A stretch of 64,000 bases of DNA. Source: Candidatus Binataceae bacterium. Lineage in GTDB: Bacteria; Desulfobacterota; Binatia; Binatales; Binataceae. Under the pieces are notes generated by a model. It had not been told where the DNA came from. It made no database searches and worked only from the letters and a program-made list of their open reading frames with translations. Shown piece after piece: positions 1-8,972 of the stretch; the first letter of the stretch is position 1, and the number at the start of each line of letters is the position of its first letter. The DNA lies in NCBI GenBank assembly GCA_030041155.1, contig JASHOJ010000187.1:1446-65445 (forward strand), written 5' to 3'. The position numbers were made by a program, and so were the translations under genes.

Positions 1-582
1 GGCGCGCAGACCTCCATCCAAGGACAGGGCAAATAGCGGAAGCAGCGCTGGACTCCGGCTCGCAGCGGATGCGGCGTAGAGTCGATCCTCATCTTCAGCA
101 GTGAGCGCCTTCCCGACATCCCGCCTCTCCTTAAGCCAATCGACATCTTCCGAGAGGGTGTGCCAGAGACGAAACGTTCTGAGAATTTGCCTGAGGACGC
201 CTATCTCGTAGTTCACGCTCCGAGGGCCGAGGCCTTCTTTGAGGCGCTTTCTCTGCAGTGCTCTGATGTCGGAGATGTCGATGTCGCATACCAGGCGATC
301 CTTGAATTCGACAGTCAAAGACTCAACATATTGCCTGTAATTCCGCAGCGTGCTTTCGCTTTTGCCGATCTTCGCTTCTATCCAATCCTTCGCGGCGACC
401 GGAAACAGCGGCGTGCGCTCCCTCTTTCCGATCCGGTTAATGCCAAGCTCAAGCTCACGCCGGCGAGCGCGTTCCGCCTCCTTCGCGACCGTTTTCGAGT
501 TTGTCTTTGCTGAATCGCGAATGACCTGGCCCTGAAACAGGAATTTGTACCAGTAGACCTGACCTCGTTTGTAAACGCTCAT
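1..582 (-). CDS. Tyrosine recombinase/phage integrase, N-terminal part (continues beyond the left edge)
   Basis: Manual translation from ATG at 582: MSVYKRGQVYWYKFLFQGQVIRDSAKT...SVNYEIGVLRQIL...KALTAEDEDRL...LFALSLDGGLRA. Arm-binding N-terminus, core-binding region and box I arginine; absent from the ORF track because there is no stop in the window. Confidence 0.9.
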   Translation of the reverse strand, partial: MSVYKRGQVYWYKFLFQGQVIRDSAKTNSKTVAKEAERARRRELELGINRIGKRERTPLFPVAAKDWIEAKIGKSESTLRNYRQYVESLTVEFKDRLVCDIDISDIRALQRKRLKEGLGPRSVNYEIGVLRQILRTFRLWHTLSEDVDWLKERRDVGKALTAEDEDRLYAASAASRSPALLPLFALSLDGGLRA

Positions 583-612
583 ATGCGCTCTCGATCGAAG
601 CTGTGACGATCT

Positions 613-813
613 TCAGACGGCGCGCTCACTTGCCTCTGCCAAATAGCGACGAACTTCCTCATCGAGAAGTACCACTCTCCTTCCGAGGTGGGCGGCGCGC
701 AATCTACCGCGCTTTATTTCAAGCCGCAGAAAGGGGACGGACACGGTAAGACTCCGCGCGAGTTCTTCGAGCGTCCAACCAAGCTTTGAATCAATGTGAT
801 TGTTCGGCCTCAT
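613..813 (-). CDS. Excisionase-like helix-turn-helix protein
   Basis: WTLEELARSLTVSVPFLRLEIKRGRLRAAHLGRRVVL is a typical Xis/HTH_17 pattern; directly upstream of the integrase; start refined to ATG at 813. Confidence 0.85.
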   Translation of the reverse strand: MRPNNHIDSKLGWTLEELARSLTVSVPFLRLEIKRGRLRAAHLGRRVVLLDEEVRRYLAEASERAV

Positions 814-887
814 ATCGTCACCTTTTAACTGAGCCGCGGCGGGGAAACGTCGGTCCGTCTTCCTCGCCGCAGCAACTCCTGAATAAA

Positions 888-1280
888 TCAAGCCGGAATC
901 TCGGCATCGCCGAGGACGGCTTGATCGGAGGACAGCTCGTCGGCACCTGCATGAGTCGGCGTCCCGAGAAATTGGACTCGCGCGGCTAGTATCTCAGTAC
1001 GCCGGCTCGTTGAACCGTTGCTTTCCCACTCTCGGGTCTGCAGGCGGCCCTCCACAAAAACCTGCCTACCCTTCTTGAGATACTCGTGGCAGGTGAGCGC
1101 GAGCTTTCCCACGACCACGACCCGGTGCCATTCGACCCGCTCCTGGCGCTTGCCATCTTTATCAACGTAGGCCTCGTCGGTGGCGACCGAGAGGTTGACG
1201 ACCGGCATGCCGGCGGGCGTGTAACGAATCTCGGGGTCTTGCCCAAGATGCCCGATGACCATAGCTTTGTTGAGCGACAT
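888..1280 (-). CDS. ssb: Single-stranded DNA-binding protein
   Basis: MSLNKAMVIGHLGQDPEIRYT, EWHRVV and KGRQVFVEGRLQTREW; acidic tail ends EIPA rather than DIPF. Confidence 0.95.
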   Translation of the reverse strand: MSLNKAMVIGHLGQDPEIRYTPAGMPVVNLSVATDEAYVDKDGKRQERVEWHRVVVVGKLALTCHEYLKKGRQVFVEGRLQTREWESNGSTSRRTEILAARVQFLGTPTHAGADELSSDQAVLGDAEIPA

Positions 1281-1343
1281 GAGATTGACCTCCTGTTGTG
1301 CTCCGTGCCGGGGGTAGCGGCCTCGACACGGAGCTTTTGTTTA

Positions 1344-1532
1344 CTACTCTCTCGAAACCCTGCTCGCGTTCCACGTAGCGTCCTCGGCCGCCGCCTCGCC
1401 GTGCTCCTTCATCAGCTTCGTGAAACAGGTCCAATGGAACACCGCAGTGCTCGCCCAGAGGTGCGCCTTGAGATAGTTCTCGTCGGTCCTCACTTTCTGA
1501 CCACAACGGCCACAATTTCCCTGATACATCAT
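1344..1532 (-). CDS. Small hypothetical protein with CxxC...HxxC zinc-finger motif
   Basis: CGRCGQKV...FHWTCF; RBS-like GAAGGA; co-oriented with ssb. Confidence 0.6.
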   Translation of the reverse strand: MMYQGNCGRCGQKVRTDENYLKAHLWASTAVFHWTCFTKLMKEHGEAAAEDATWNASRVSRE

Positions 1533-1542
1533 CCTTCACTCC

Positions 1543-1758
1543 CTACATCGAAGTATTGTTCTCCTCGTCGAACGCTTGCGATGAAAACTCTTGGCTCGCC
1601 GCCTTACCGCACTCCTCGCCTTCGCAGTAAAGCGAACGATCTTCGGGAAAGTAGAAGGCACGCTCGCCGGTATGAATCGGGCGTTTGCAGCGCACGCACT
1701 CGCCCTCGAACCTGACGTTGATCCAACGCGGATCGCACTTGTAACGAGGCATCGTCAT
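1543..1758 (-). CDS. Small Cys-rich hypothetical protein
   Basis: MTMPRYKCDPRWINVRFEGECVRCKRPIHTGERAFY...YCEGEEC; strong RBS GAAAGGAGAG before ATG at 1758. Confidence 0.7.
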   Translation of the reverse strand: MTMPRYKCDPRWINVRFEGECVRCKRPIHTGERAFYFPEDRSLYCEGEECGKAASQEFSSQAFDEENNTSM

Positions 1759-1764
1759 CTCTCC

Positions 1765-2003
1765 TTTCGCGCCCGCTTGCCGTAGGCCAGGGCGCAGATG
1801 GCTTGGGCATGGATACCCAGCGCCATCTTTCCCCGCCGCCCTTCTCAGCCGAATCTGGAAGGGCGACGGCGGAAAGGAATTCGATGTGGCGCGCAGCGCC
1901 ACCACCAATGAGCGGTGGCGAAGCCGTGCAATTCCGGCGTGACCGAGCGGAGCGGTCCAGATAGACGGGCGCGACGGAATTGAGCGTAGCCGGCGCAAGG
2001 GGA
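1765..2003. repeat. Structured non-coding element, copy 1 (multi-hairpin; candidate ssDNA promoter/ssi-like element)
   Basis: Consecutive inverted repeats and motifs shared with 21043-21275 (GCGCCCGCTT..CAGGGCGC, ACCAATGAGCG, TTGAGCG.AGCC). Confidence 0.7.
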
Positions 2004-2025
2004 GGCGTGGTTGCTGGTATCGCTT

Positions 2026-2751
2026 TCATGGCGTTAGCTCCGCACGCCCCGGCGCTGACTCGATTCGGCGCCGATTGTGACGGTCGTGTTTTTTGAAGAG
2101 CCGCAGGCAACGTCGGCAGAGTCCGTTCAGATAGCTCGCGAGCGAGTCTGTGAATGCATCGTCCTGCTCCTCCAGCAACTGCGAGCGAATAGCATGAATC
2201 TCGGGATGGGTTGTGCTCCACGTGTAGCTGTTGGCGGCATAATCGACGGCCGCGATCGCTGTGTGGTCGTAGAGCGGGTTGAGGGCGCGCACAAACGGAG
2301 CGGGAAAGATCAGCCCAATGCTGTTCCCTCGCCTGGCCTGCGGTCTGACTTGGCTGAGCACAAACGAGCGCTCGACGCCGCTGCCCAGTCTTAGTCGCAC
2401 GATGCTTCTGATGATTGGCTGCGTTTCCCTGCCGACGATCGGGTCGCACGGTCCTAGCCGTGGATCGTCCTTTTCCGACCAGATTTTGATGTGAGCCGAG
2501 TGCGCCGCGTCTTGATGGGTGCGGATCTCCAGGAGGGTTCCATTCACGTAGCTGAACGGGACACTCAGGCACCGCTGACGCTCGATCAGGCCGAGAAGAT
2601 GGACTTCGTATTTGAAGGTAAATGAGCGCAGTTCCCCAGCTCGTGGGTACTCGGCCGCCGGCCGACTCGCGGGTCTGAACGCAGGAGATCCGCAAATGCA
2701 GCAGATTTGTTGATCGATCATCCGTGAACCACAACGAGTGCAAAACTTCAT
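2026..2751 (-). CDS. Hypothetical protein with N-terminal zinc ribbon
   Basis: MKFCTRCGS...CCICGS; RBS AAGGAGG; directly downstream of the relaxase. Confidence 0.65.
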   Translation of the reverse strand: MKFCTRCGSRMIDQQICCICGSPAFRPASRPAAEYPRAGELRSFTFKYEVHLLGLIERQRCLSVPFSYVNGTLLEIRTHQDAAHSAHIKIWSEKDDPRLGPCDPIVGRETQPIIRSIVRLRLGSGVERSFVLSQVRPQARRGNSIGLIFPAPFVRALNPLYDHTAIAAVDYAANSYTWSTTHPEIHAIRSQLLEEQDDAFTDSLASYLNGLCRRCLRLFKKHDRHNRRRIESAPGRAELTP

Positions 2752-2769
2752 TGCGTTTTCCTCCTTGCC

Positions 2770-5553
2770 TCACCAACTGATTCCGCGGCTGCGCTTGACC
2801 TTTTGCTCCGGCCGGATGCCCTGCTTGAGTCGGGCGGCGAACGGGTCTTCGATGTCGATCGGCCTGAACCTCGGCAAGGATCGTCGCTGGGCGGGCGAAA
2901 GATGTTCGAGTGCGGTCGCCTTTAACTGCTCGCGTCCTACTGCGCGGGCCAGCGCTTCGGCACTGTCCGTGTAGATGCGAGCGTCATGTCTCGCGCGGCT
3001 GAGCGAGACGTAGAACTGTCGGCGATTTACCAACCGGACGCCGCGCTCGGTGTCGACGTTGACGATGACACGATCCACGGTCGCGCCCTGAGCAGCGTGC
3101 GAAGTCGACGCGTAGCCGTAGTCGATGTGGCGAAGCCGCGAGCTGGCCGCGGCTATTTCGCGACCCCTGTCGGTGCGGAGGCGAGTTTGAGCGGCGTCGA
3201 TCGCGACGACCGTAGCGAACTGGCCGTTGGCGACCCCGAGCGCCCGGTCCGGCGCGCGAAACTGAATTCGGTCTCCGACGGCAAGCGTACGCGCCTCGGA
3301 GCGGAAGACCTCGATACCCCGCAGGCGGCCAGGACGGTACTCGACGGTCTCACCACTCTCGGTTCTAAGTTTCAGGATGTTGCGCTTGGGATCCGACGCC
3401 TCGACCCTGGAATAGCTGCCGGAGGCGATGCCCAGCTTCGAGCTGCCACGACGAAAGCGAAGCACGTCGCCCACAGCGTAATGGCGCGCATGCCCCCGCT
3501 GCGCGCGGGTCAGATCGAGATTCGACAGCGTGGCGACTTCGATACCCTCACGCGCGATCGCACCACGCCCGACCAGCAGCTCGCGGATGACGCGGTTAAG
3601 CTCGGTGCGCTCCTCGATGGCGGGACTCACAACCAGAGTCGTTTGTCCGGCCCGATGCGAAACCAGATAGTCCTCCGCGATTGCACGGTAGCGGTCGGTG
3701 GCCTGAGGTATCTCGTGGATGCGCGACTGCTGGGAAAGCGCGGCGACGCTCTCGGCAAGCTTTCCAGCCGCCGCAAGCTCAACAGCTTCGCGCAACGCTG
3801 GATCGCGCTGGCGGCGAATCGCGGTAAGCGACGCGACCGTCATTCCCGCCTGCCGCATTTGAAAGAGCGGACGGCCCGCTTCGATTGCATGATGCTGCCG
3901 CTCGTCGCCGACGAAGACTATGCGTTCAACGCCTATTTCTCTGGCGAGATGGAGCAGCCGATTCACCTGGCGGGTGGCGAGCAGGCTCGACTCGTCGACG
4001 ATCCACAATTCCTTGCCCTGCCTTTCAGGCTTCGGATTTTCCAGTAGGCTCGCCACGGTGCGCGCCAGCACACCCGCCTCGTTCAGAGACTTGACGCTGC
4101 CGCTCGTTGGTCCGAAGCCGCGCACGAGGTAGCCGCGTTCTTCGGCCAGTTTGCGGATCGAGCCGACCGTGGTGGTCTTGGCGGCACCGGCGCGTCCTTC
4201 GAGTGCGCTCATCCAGTCACGAGTCGAGAGGGTCGTTTGGGCGACAAGAACCTGGTCGGCTGCGAGACCACGGCGCACAGCCCAGCGCTTCACCTCGTCG
4301 GCGCTCGCAATTGGTTCCGATCTGCCCCGGCCTTCGTGCATAAGCGCGATGTTGTCGCGCTCAAGCACTGCCATCTGCGGTGTGGTGAACGCTCCGATCG
4401 GATGACGATGGTTTGGTGCCAGATCGATTAGCCTGCCATCATTTCTGTGGGCCTCGATGGCGGCACGCACGCCATCTAGTACGCTGCCACCCATCGCGTG
4501 CTGGAGAGTGAAAGTCTCGAGCTCGCGCCGATCCGGCGCGGCGTCGCGCTCAATCGCATGCGCGGTTGCGTGGCGTACCGCCTCACCGAGCTCGGCCTCA
4601 CCTACTTTGGGCACGATCGATTTGCGGTTGAGGGCCGCTTCGGCGAGGCGCGCGAAAGGAATTTCGTAAGCCCCTGCGCGCTCGCGCCATTCAGCCTTGA
4701 GGGCCTGCTCGTCGCGCTGGTCTTTCGAGAGACGCGAGCGATGCGCGGCGATCTGTGCGGCGCTGGCGCCGTTAATGCCGAGCTTAGCAAGCTCGCGCTC
4801 GATCTCCTGGCGACGCAAGGAGAAAGCCATCACCTGCTCGCGTGCGTAACCTTCAAGCTCCCAGCGTCCGTCGCTTCCGGCGATGGTGATCGGGTAGCCC
4901 AGCCTCTGAACTGCGCGCGCGAATTCGGCGCGGTAGACGGCGGTGGCGAATGCTTGCGAGCGGTAGATTTCGACCGGATCGAGTCCGCGCCATGCGCCAT
5001 CTGGACGGCGCGTCATGTTCATCACCACAACGTGGGTATGCAGGTGCGGGTCAGGGCCGTATCCATCATTGGTGGCATCTTCCGTCGGCCTGGCCGCGAT
5101 ATGATCGAAGCGGGCAGCGACAACCTTGCCCGTCGTCACCCACTCCTGACCGCGATGCATGCGCGCCTGGGCAAACCGCTCGAGTTCCTGAAGAGCCGTT
5201 TCGACGGCGCGGCGATGCGCTCCGATGAGGCGTGAATCGTCGCCGACCAGCGCCTGTACGCTCACTGATTTGGGAGCGTTGAAGGTCGCGTCCCAACCTG
5301 CGCGCTTTTGTTCACCCTCGCGCTGCGCCGCCTGGACGATAATCTCGCCGCTCCTCGGGTCGAGGCCGTTTAGCACCGCGCGAAAATTCGCGGTATCGAT
5401 GTCGCCCGCGAGCCCCAGCTCCGCCGCGCCCTTACCGAACCAGCGTCCGATCACGCGCTGCTTCTCGGTGTAGTAGTCGTCGCGGCTGTACTTCTCTTCG
5501 TAGTAGGTCTCGGCCTGACCCGCGCTGAGGGCGCCTTTTGACATCACCAACAT
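2770..5553 (-). CDS. mobF: MOBF relaxase-helicase (TrwC/TraI type)
   Basis: YY..YY pairs (ETYY, DDYY), W.GKGA, DATFNAPKSVS, DPHLHTH (HUH); C-terminal RecD-like helicase with GRAGAAKTT, DESSL and HAAQGATVD. Confidence 0.95.
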   Translation of the reverse strand: MLVMSKGALSAGQAETYYEEKYSRDDYYTEKQRVIGRWFGKGAAELGLAGDIDTANFRAVLNGLDPRSGEIIVQAAQREGEQKRAGWDATFNAPKSVSVQALVGDDSRLIGAHRRAVETALQELERFAQARMHRGQEWVTTGKVVAARFDHIAARPTEDATNDGYGPDPHLHTHVVVMNMTRRPDGAWRGLDPVEIYRSQAFATAVYRAEFARAVQRLGYPITIAGSDGRWELEGYAREQVMAFSLRRQEIERELAKLGINGASAAQIAAHRSRLSKDQRDEQALKAEWRERAGAYEIPFARLAEAALNRKSIVPKVGEAELGEAVRHATAHAIERDAAPDRRELETFTLQHAMGGSVLDGVRAAIEAHRNDGRLIDLAPNHRHPIGAFTTPQMAVLERDNIALMHEGRGRSEPIASADEVKRWAVRRGLAADQVLVAQTTLSTRDWMSALEGRAGAAKTTTVGSIRKLAEERGYLVRGFGPTSGSVKSLNEAGVLARTVASLLENPKPERQGKELWIVDESSLLATRQVNRLLHLAREIGVERIVFVGDERQHHAIEAGRPLFQMRQAGMTVASLTAIRRQRDPALREAVELAAAGKLAESVAALSQQSRIHEIPQATDRYRAIAEDYLVSHRAGQTTLVVSPAIEERTELNRVIRELLVGRGAIAREGIEVATLSNLDLTRAQRGHARHYAVGDVLRFRRGSSKLGIASGSYSRVEASDPKRNILKLRTESGETVEYRPGRLRGIEVFRSEARTLAVGDRIQFRAPDRALGVANGQFATVVAIDAAQTRLRTDRGREIAAASSRLRHIDYGYASTSHAAQGATVDRVIVNVDTERGVRLVNRRQFYVSLSRARHDARIYTDSAEALARAVGREQLKATALEHLSPAQRRSLPRFRPIDIEDPFAARLKQGIRPEQKVKRSRGISW

Positions 5554-5556
5554 GGC

Positions 5557-7425
5557 CTAATCCCACCCTCCGAGAGCCGAGTCTTGTTGTGCTTGTACAT
5601 TCAGCGTCGTGACAGGCTTGGTAGGGTTTCTCTCCGGAGAAACCACGGCTTCGGTGTCTCGTCGCAGAACAAAGGCTGGAGCCGTTCTCTTGGGCTCCGT
5701 CCATTGCAGTGCTACGCGAGCGCGGTCATATCCGGCGATGCACAGGTAGCCTTCGAGAGGTGGAAGTTTCTGGATCTCTGCGGGCAAGACCACTCGCTCC
5801 AGCGTCTGATGAGGTTGCAAGTTAAAGCCGTCGCGATAGAGCGAGGGTCCAGTTAGCGTGGTCATTTGGAGGCGAATCACCTCGCGCTGACCCAGCGTGC
5901 GGCTGGCCCACTCTGCGGTCTCGGCCTCGTCTGACCGCAGAATCAGTTTGGTCGCCGGCGCCGAGAGCAGCGTCACGGTGCGGTCACGTCCGTAGATCGA
6001 CTGAAGCTGCGAGATCGCCTGAAAGCCGAATACCACACAGAGGCCACGCTTGCGCCCGCGTACGACGAGGTTTTCGAGCTGACCCTGATAGTCGAGCGCG
6101 CCCAGCTCGTCGATCACGATCCAGACCTGCTCGCGCGCGCCGTCAAGCTCGGCGGCCAGAAGCTGGCGCACTAGACAGTCGAGCCACACGTTCTGGAGCG
6201 GGAGCGCCGCTGCCCGAGAATCCTCGGTCGAAGTCAGGAACAGCCAACCCCGTCGCTGCCGTACCCATTCAACGGCGCTCCATCTGGTACGACCGGGCAC
6301 CTCGGGCGGCAGGTAGCACAGCGGATTGGTCGCGTTGGTTGCCATCGCGACTATCCCAGCGCCTTGGTCGTGTGCACCTGGATCAATGAGCGCTTCCGCC
6401 GGCGTTCCGGCTAGGGCTTTCTTGAGCTGTTCGCGCGGCAACGTCAGCAGTTGAGTAATCGTTTTCGCGGTTTGTGGCTTGGCAGTCTCCAAAATGCTGA
6501 CCAGCGTGGTGCGCCCCGAGCGACGAAAGAACCGGTCGGCGCCGCTCTGGGCGAAGCTGTTCGGCACGTCCGGGATGAGTGACTGCGCCAGCGCCTCGGC
6601 GTCCATGCAAAAACTTTCCGCTCTCAGCTCAGCCCAGGGCGACCACGACGGGCAGCGGTCATCAAGCGGGTTCAGAACCGCGTCGCCACGTTCTGGCCGA
6701 TAGAATTCCGAAATGTATTCGGCGTCGGGATCGAGCACGACGCCAATCCCGCCGCGCGCCTCTATCTGGCGCAGCATCTGGCGAATGCAGTTCGACTTGC
6801 CCGAGCCGGTTTTGCCTGTAAGCGCAAAATGTTGCGGCTCCAGGTCTGCGGGGATCGACACGTTTGCGATATGGATTGGTCGCACGCCGCTTCCGCTCGT
6901 CGATCGTCGAAGCATCGGGATACGCAATGCTCCGCGCGCGGCAGCATTCTCCATTGCACCACTCAATTCCCGACTGCTGATAAGCTGCAGGCCGCGCACG
7001 AGGTGCGCATCGGTGCTCTTGCGACGAAGCAGCATGACGGCCGCCACGGTGATCAGCAGGGGAGCGACCGCGCCGTAGCGCATATAGTGGACCAGCCATT
7101 CGCCGAACGAGTGCTGATAGAAATGCCTGGCGTTGAGAAACGGATAGAGCACCTCAACCGGATAGCGCCGCTCCATATAGGGCAGTGTCGGATGAAGGAA
7201 CGGGATGCTCAGCTTCGTGAGCAGCCAGGCTGCGAACCACTGCACGAAGAGTTGATGGCCGAAGCTCGGGAAATAACGTCCAGTCCAGAACCAGACGAGT
7301 TCGAGCGTTGTCGCCAGCCATGAAAAGAGGCAGAGCTTAAGCCAGACGATGACGAAGCGCGCGTTCATCCGCGCGCCGGTAGCGTAAGCCTGCCAGCTTG
7401 CAGCCTGTCGTCCGCCCGACCACAT
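5557..7425 (-). CDS. Type IV coupling protein, TrwB/TraD type
   Basis: N-terminal TM segments, Walker A GKTGSGKS, LNPLDDRCPSWSPW, IDELGAL and GRKRGLCVVFGFQAISQL. Confidence 0.92.
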   Translation of the reverse strand: MWSGGRQAASWQAYATGARMNARFVIVWLKLCLFSWLATTLELVWFWTGRYFPSFGHQLFVQWFAAWLLTKLSIPFLHPTLPYMERRYPVEVLYPFLNARHFYQHSFGEWLVHYMRYGAVAPLLITVAAVMLLRRKSTDAHLVRGLQLISSRELSGAMENAAARGALRIPMLRRSTSGSGVRPIHIANVSIPADLEPQHFALTGKTGSGKSNCIRQMLRQIEARGGIGVVLDPDAEYISEFYRPERGDAVLNPLDDRCPSWSPWAELRAESFCMDAEALAQSLIPDVPNSFAQSGADRFFRRSGRTTLVSILETAKPQTAKTITQLLTLPREQLKKALAGTPAEALIDPGAHDQGAGIVAMATNATNPLCYLPPEVPGRTRWSAVEWVRQRRGWLFLTSTEDSRAAALPLQNVWLDCLVRQLLAAELDGAREQVWIVIDELGALDYQGQLENLVVRGRKRGLCVVFGFQAISQLQSIYGRDRTVTLLSAPATKLILRSDEAETAEWASRTLGQREVIRLQMTTLTGPSLYRDGFNLQPHQTLERVVLPAEIQKLPPLEGYLCIAGYDRARVALQWTEPKRTAPAFVLRRDTEAVVSPERNPTKPVTTLNVQAQQDSALGGWD

Positions 7426-7431
7426 AGCCTG

Positions 7432-7872
7432 CTACTCGCGCCGCCCTTCGCTGTTGGCTTTCGCCGGGCTCTGCCGACGATCAATTTCTGCGTCGAGGCG
7501 GCCAAGATAATCGGTGGCGTCCTTGCGCGAGAGCTGCTGTATTTCCTTCAGCTTCGGACGATCGAGTCCGAAGGTCTCGCTCTGTTCGACCATGTTGTAA
7601 AGCGAGGACCGAGTGCGCGAGATCTCATAGACGGTGTGGCGGAAGCGATCCTCAATCAGGTCGCGAATCCCCCGAATCAACTCCGGCTGCTCGTTCGCTG
7701 CGCTATAGTGTTCGCACACGATCGACCGCACGATCTCGGTCGGACTGACTTCGCGCTCTCGTGCGTCGGTTTCGACGCGAGTTGCGATTTCCGGAGCGAG
7801 TCGCACCAGTACCGCTCGCGGCTGCTCGCTGGTCTCATTGATATCGGCTGATATCTTTTTGTTTTCGGGCAT
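7432..7872 (-). CDS. Putative ribbon-helix-helix relaxosome accessory protein (TrwA position)
   Basis: VLVRLAPEIATRVETDAREREVSPTEIVRSIV is RHH-like; first gene of the RHH-T4CP-relaxase unit; RBS GGAGGAG before ATG at 7872. Confidence 0.6.
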   Translation of the reverse strand: MPENKKISADINETSEQPRAVLVRLAPEIATRVETDAREREVSPTEIVRSIVCEHYSAANEQPELIRGIRDLIEDRFRHTVYEISRTRSSLYNMVEQSETFGLDRPKLKEIQQLSRKDATDYLGRLDAEIDRRQSPAKANSEGRRE

Positions 7873-8041
7873 TTTCCTCTCCTCCAACTCCTCTTCTGAT
7901 ATCCGTGATAGCGTCCGGATTCCGGGCCCTTTCTGCGAGATTTCCTTCATCGAGGGGATGAGTGACGTGTCAAAGCCTGAAACGCGCGAAGCGCGTCAAC
8001 GGACCTAACGCCACATCTCATACCTGTGGACATGCAGGACC
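7873..8041. other. Candidate oriT region
   Basis: Intergenic space upstream of the RHH-T4CP-relaxase unit, as in trwABC; short hairpins ACGCGC-GAA-GCGCGT (7982-7996) and CCACA..TGTGG (8011-8029). Confidence 0.45.
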
Positions 8042-8302
8042 TCATCGCATTTCTGAATGGGCAGGGCCGCCGTTCATGTCCGCAACGCTGTTGGAATGGC
8101 GCTTGAGCCACGACTGGAACTTGCGGTCGGACTCCACGAAGTTGCGGACGATCTCGACAATGATTCTGCGGATGCCGATGGCGTCACCGTGGATGTGCTG
8201 GTAGTAGGTGGCGTATCCGTCCAATTCAGCCTTGAGCTTGCCGGGCAAGGTGACGTTGACCTGCGCTGACTTCAGCTGCTGCTCGACTTTGTTGAGCCTC
8301 AT
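8042..8302 (-). CDS. DUF2274-like protein
   Basis: VNVTLPGKLKAELDGYATYY...IVRNFVESDRKF; usual last gene of ICE trb operons. Confidence 0.75.
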   Translation of the reverse strand: MRLNKVEQQLKSAQVNVTLPGKLKAELDGYATYYQHIHGDAIGIRRIIVEIVRNFVESDRKFQSWLKRHSNSVADMNGGPAHSEMR

Positions 8303-8972
8303 GGAAACCTCCTGATTGACTTCTGAGTTCGCGTGGAGAGATGAACCGAGCGTAAGCGCTATTCACGATGGCCATCGCAATCAGCATGGCGATGGCCGCG
8401 ATAAACACGATGTAAGCAAAGAGCAGCGCCTGCGAGACCGCTGGGCTTGACCAGACGATGACTGGAATCAGCTGCGAGATGACACTGCTGATCGCAACCG
8501 GACCGAAGTACCGGCTGTCGATCCCGCGCGGATGTTGGGACAAGACCCAGACCTGTCGGGTGCGGACGCGATAATTTCCAAACTGATAGTGCTGGAGGGG
8601 TTGCCCTTCCGCATCACGGTCTAGCGGCGCACTGTCGGGCCAGAGTGTTCCGTCGATGCGTACGCCATGCGCTCCGAGCTGCACCACATCCCCAGCGACT
8701 GCAGCGACGCGTTTGATCAGCGGGATATTGGCGGGGGCATACCGACGGAGGACCAACGCCGTCGGACCTGTAGGCTGCTTCAACCACACCAGGGCTCCGC
8801 GCTCGGCGCCACCCGGGGCAAGGCGGTAGATACCGACCGGCTCGCTTGGCGTCAGATTGAGGCAATACCCGAGCGCTGCTGGCAGCCGATAGCCGATCAG
8901 ACCCGTACCTAGGAGCACGGCGTAGCCTACGGCAACGGTTACGATGCGGAGTGTCCAGCAGCGTTTCTTCAT
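8226..8972 (-). CDS. traF: S26-family conjugal transfer peptidase (pilin maturation)
   Basis: NLTPSEPVGIY, PLIKRVAAVAGD and DSRYFGPV motifs. Confidence 0.88.
   Translation of the reverse strand: MKKRCWTLRIVTVAVGYAVLLGTGLIGYRLPAALGYCLNLTPSEPVGIYRLAPGGAERGALVWLKQPTGPTALVLRRYAPANIPLIKRVAAVAGDVVQLGAHGVRIDGTLWPDSAPLDRDAEGQPLQHYQFGNYRVRTRQVWVLSQHPRGIDSRYFGPVAISSVISQLIPVIVWSSPAVSQALLFAYIVFIAAIAMLIAMAIVNSAYARFISPRELRSQSGGFHEAQQSRAAAEVSAGQRHLARQAQG

Noticed and set aside
160..535. Plus-strand ORFs of 117 and 61 aa
   Set aside because: Shadows of the minus-strand integrase frame (582 to <1), which has clear family motifs
2986..5235. Long plus-strand ORFs (353 and 245 aa) opposite the relaxase
   Set aside because: Antisense shadow ORFs typical of high-GC coding DNA; no motifs
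8001..8030. Exact MOBF nic site at minus-strand GCGTTAGGT after a CCACA/TGTGG hairpin
   Set aside because: It resembles IncN/W-type nic sequences from memory, but the strand would send the relaxase genes in first, contrary to the usual orientation; only the general oriT region is reported
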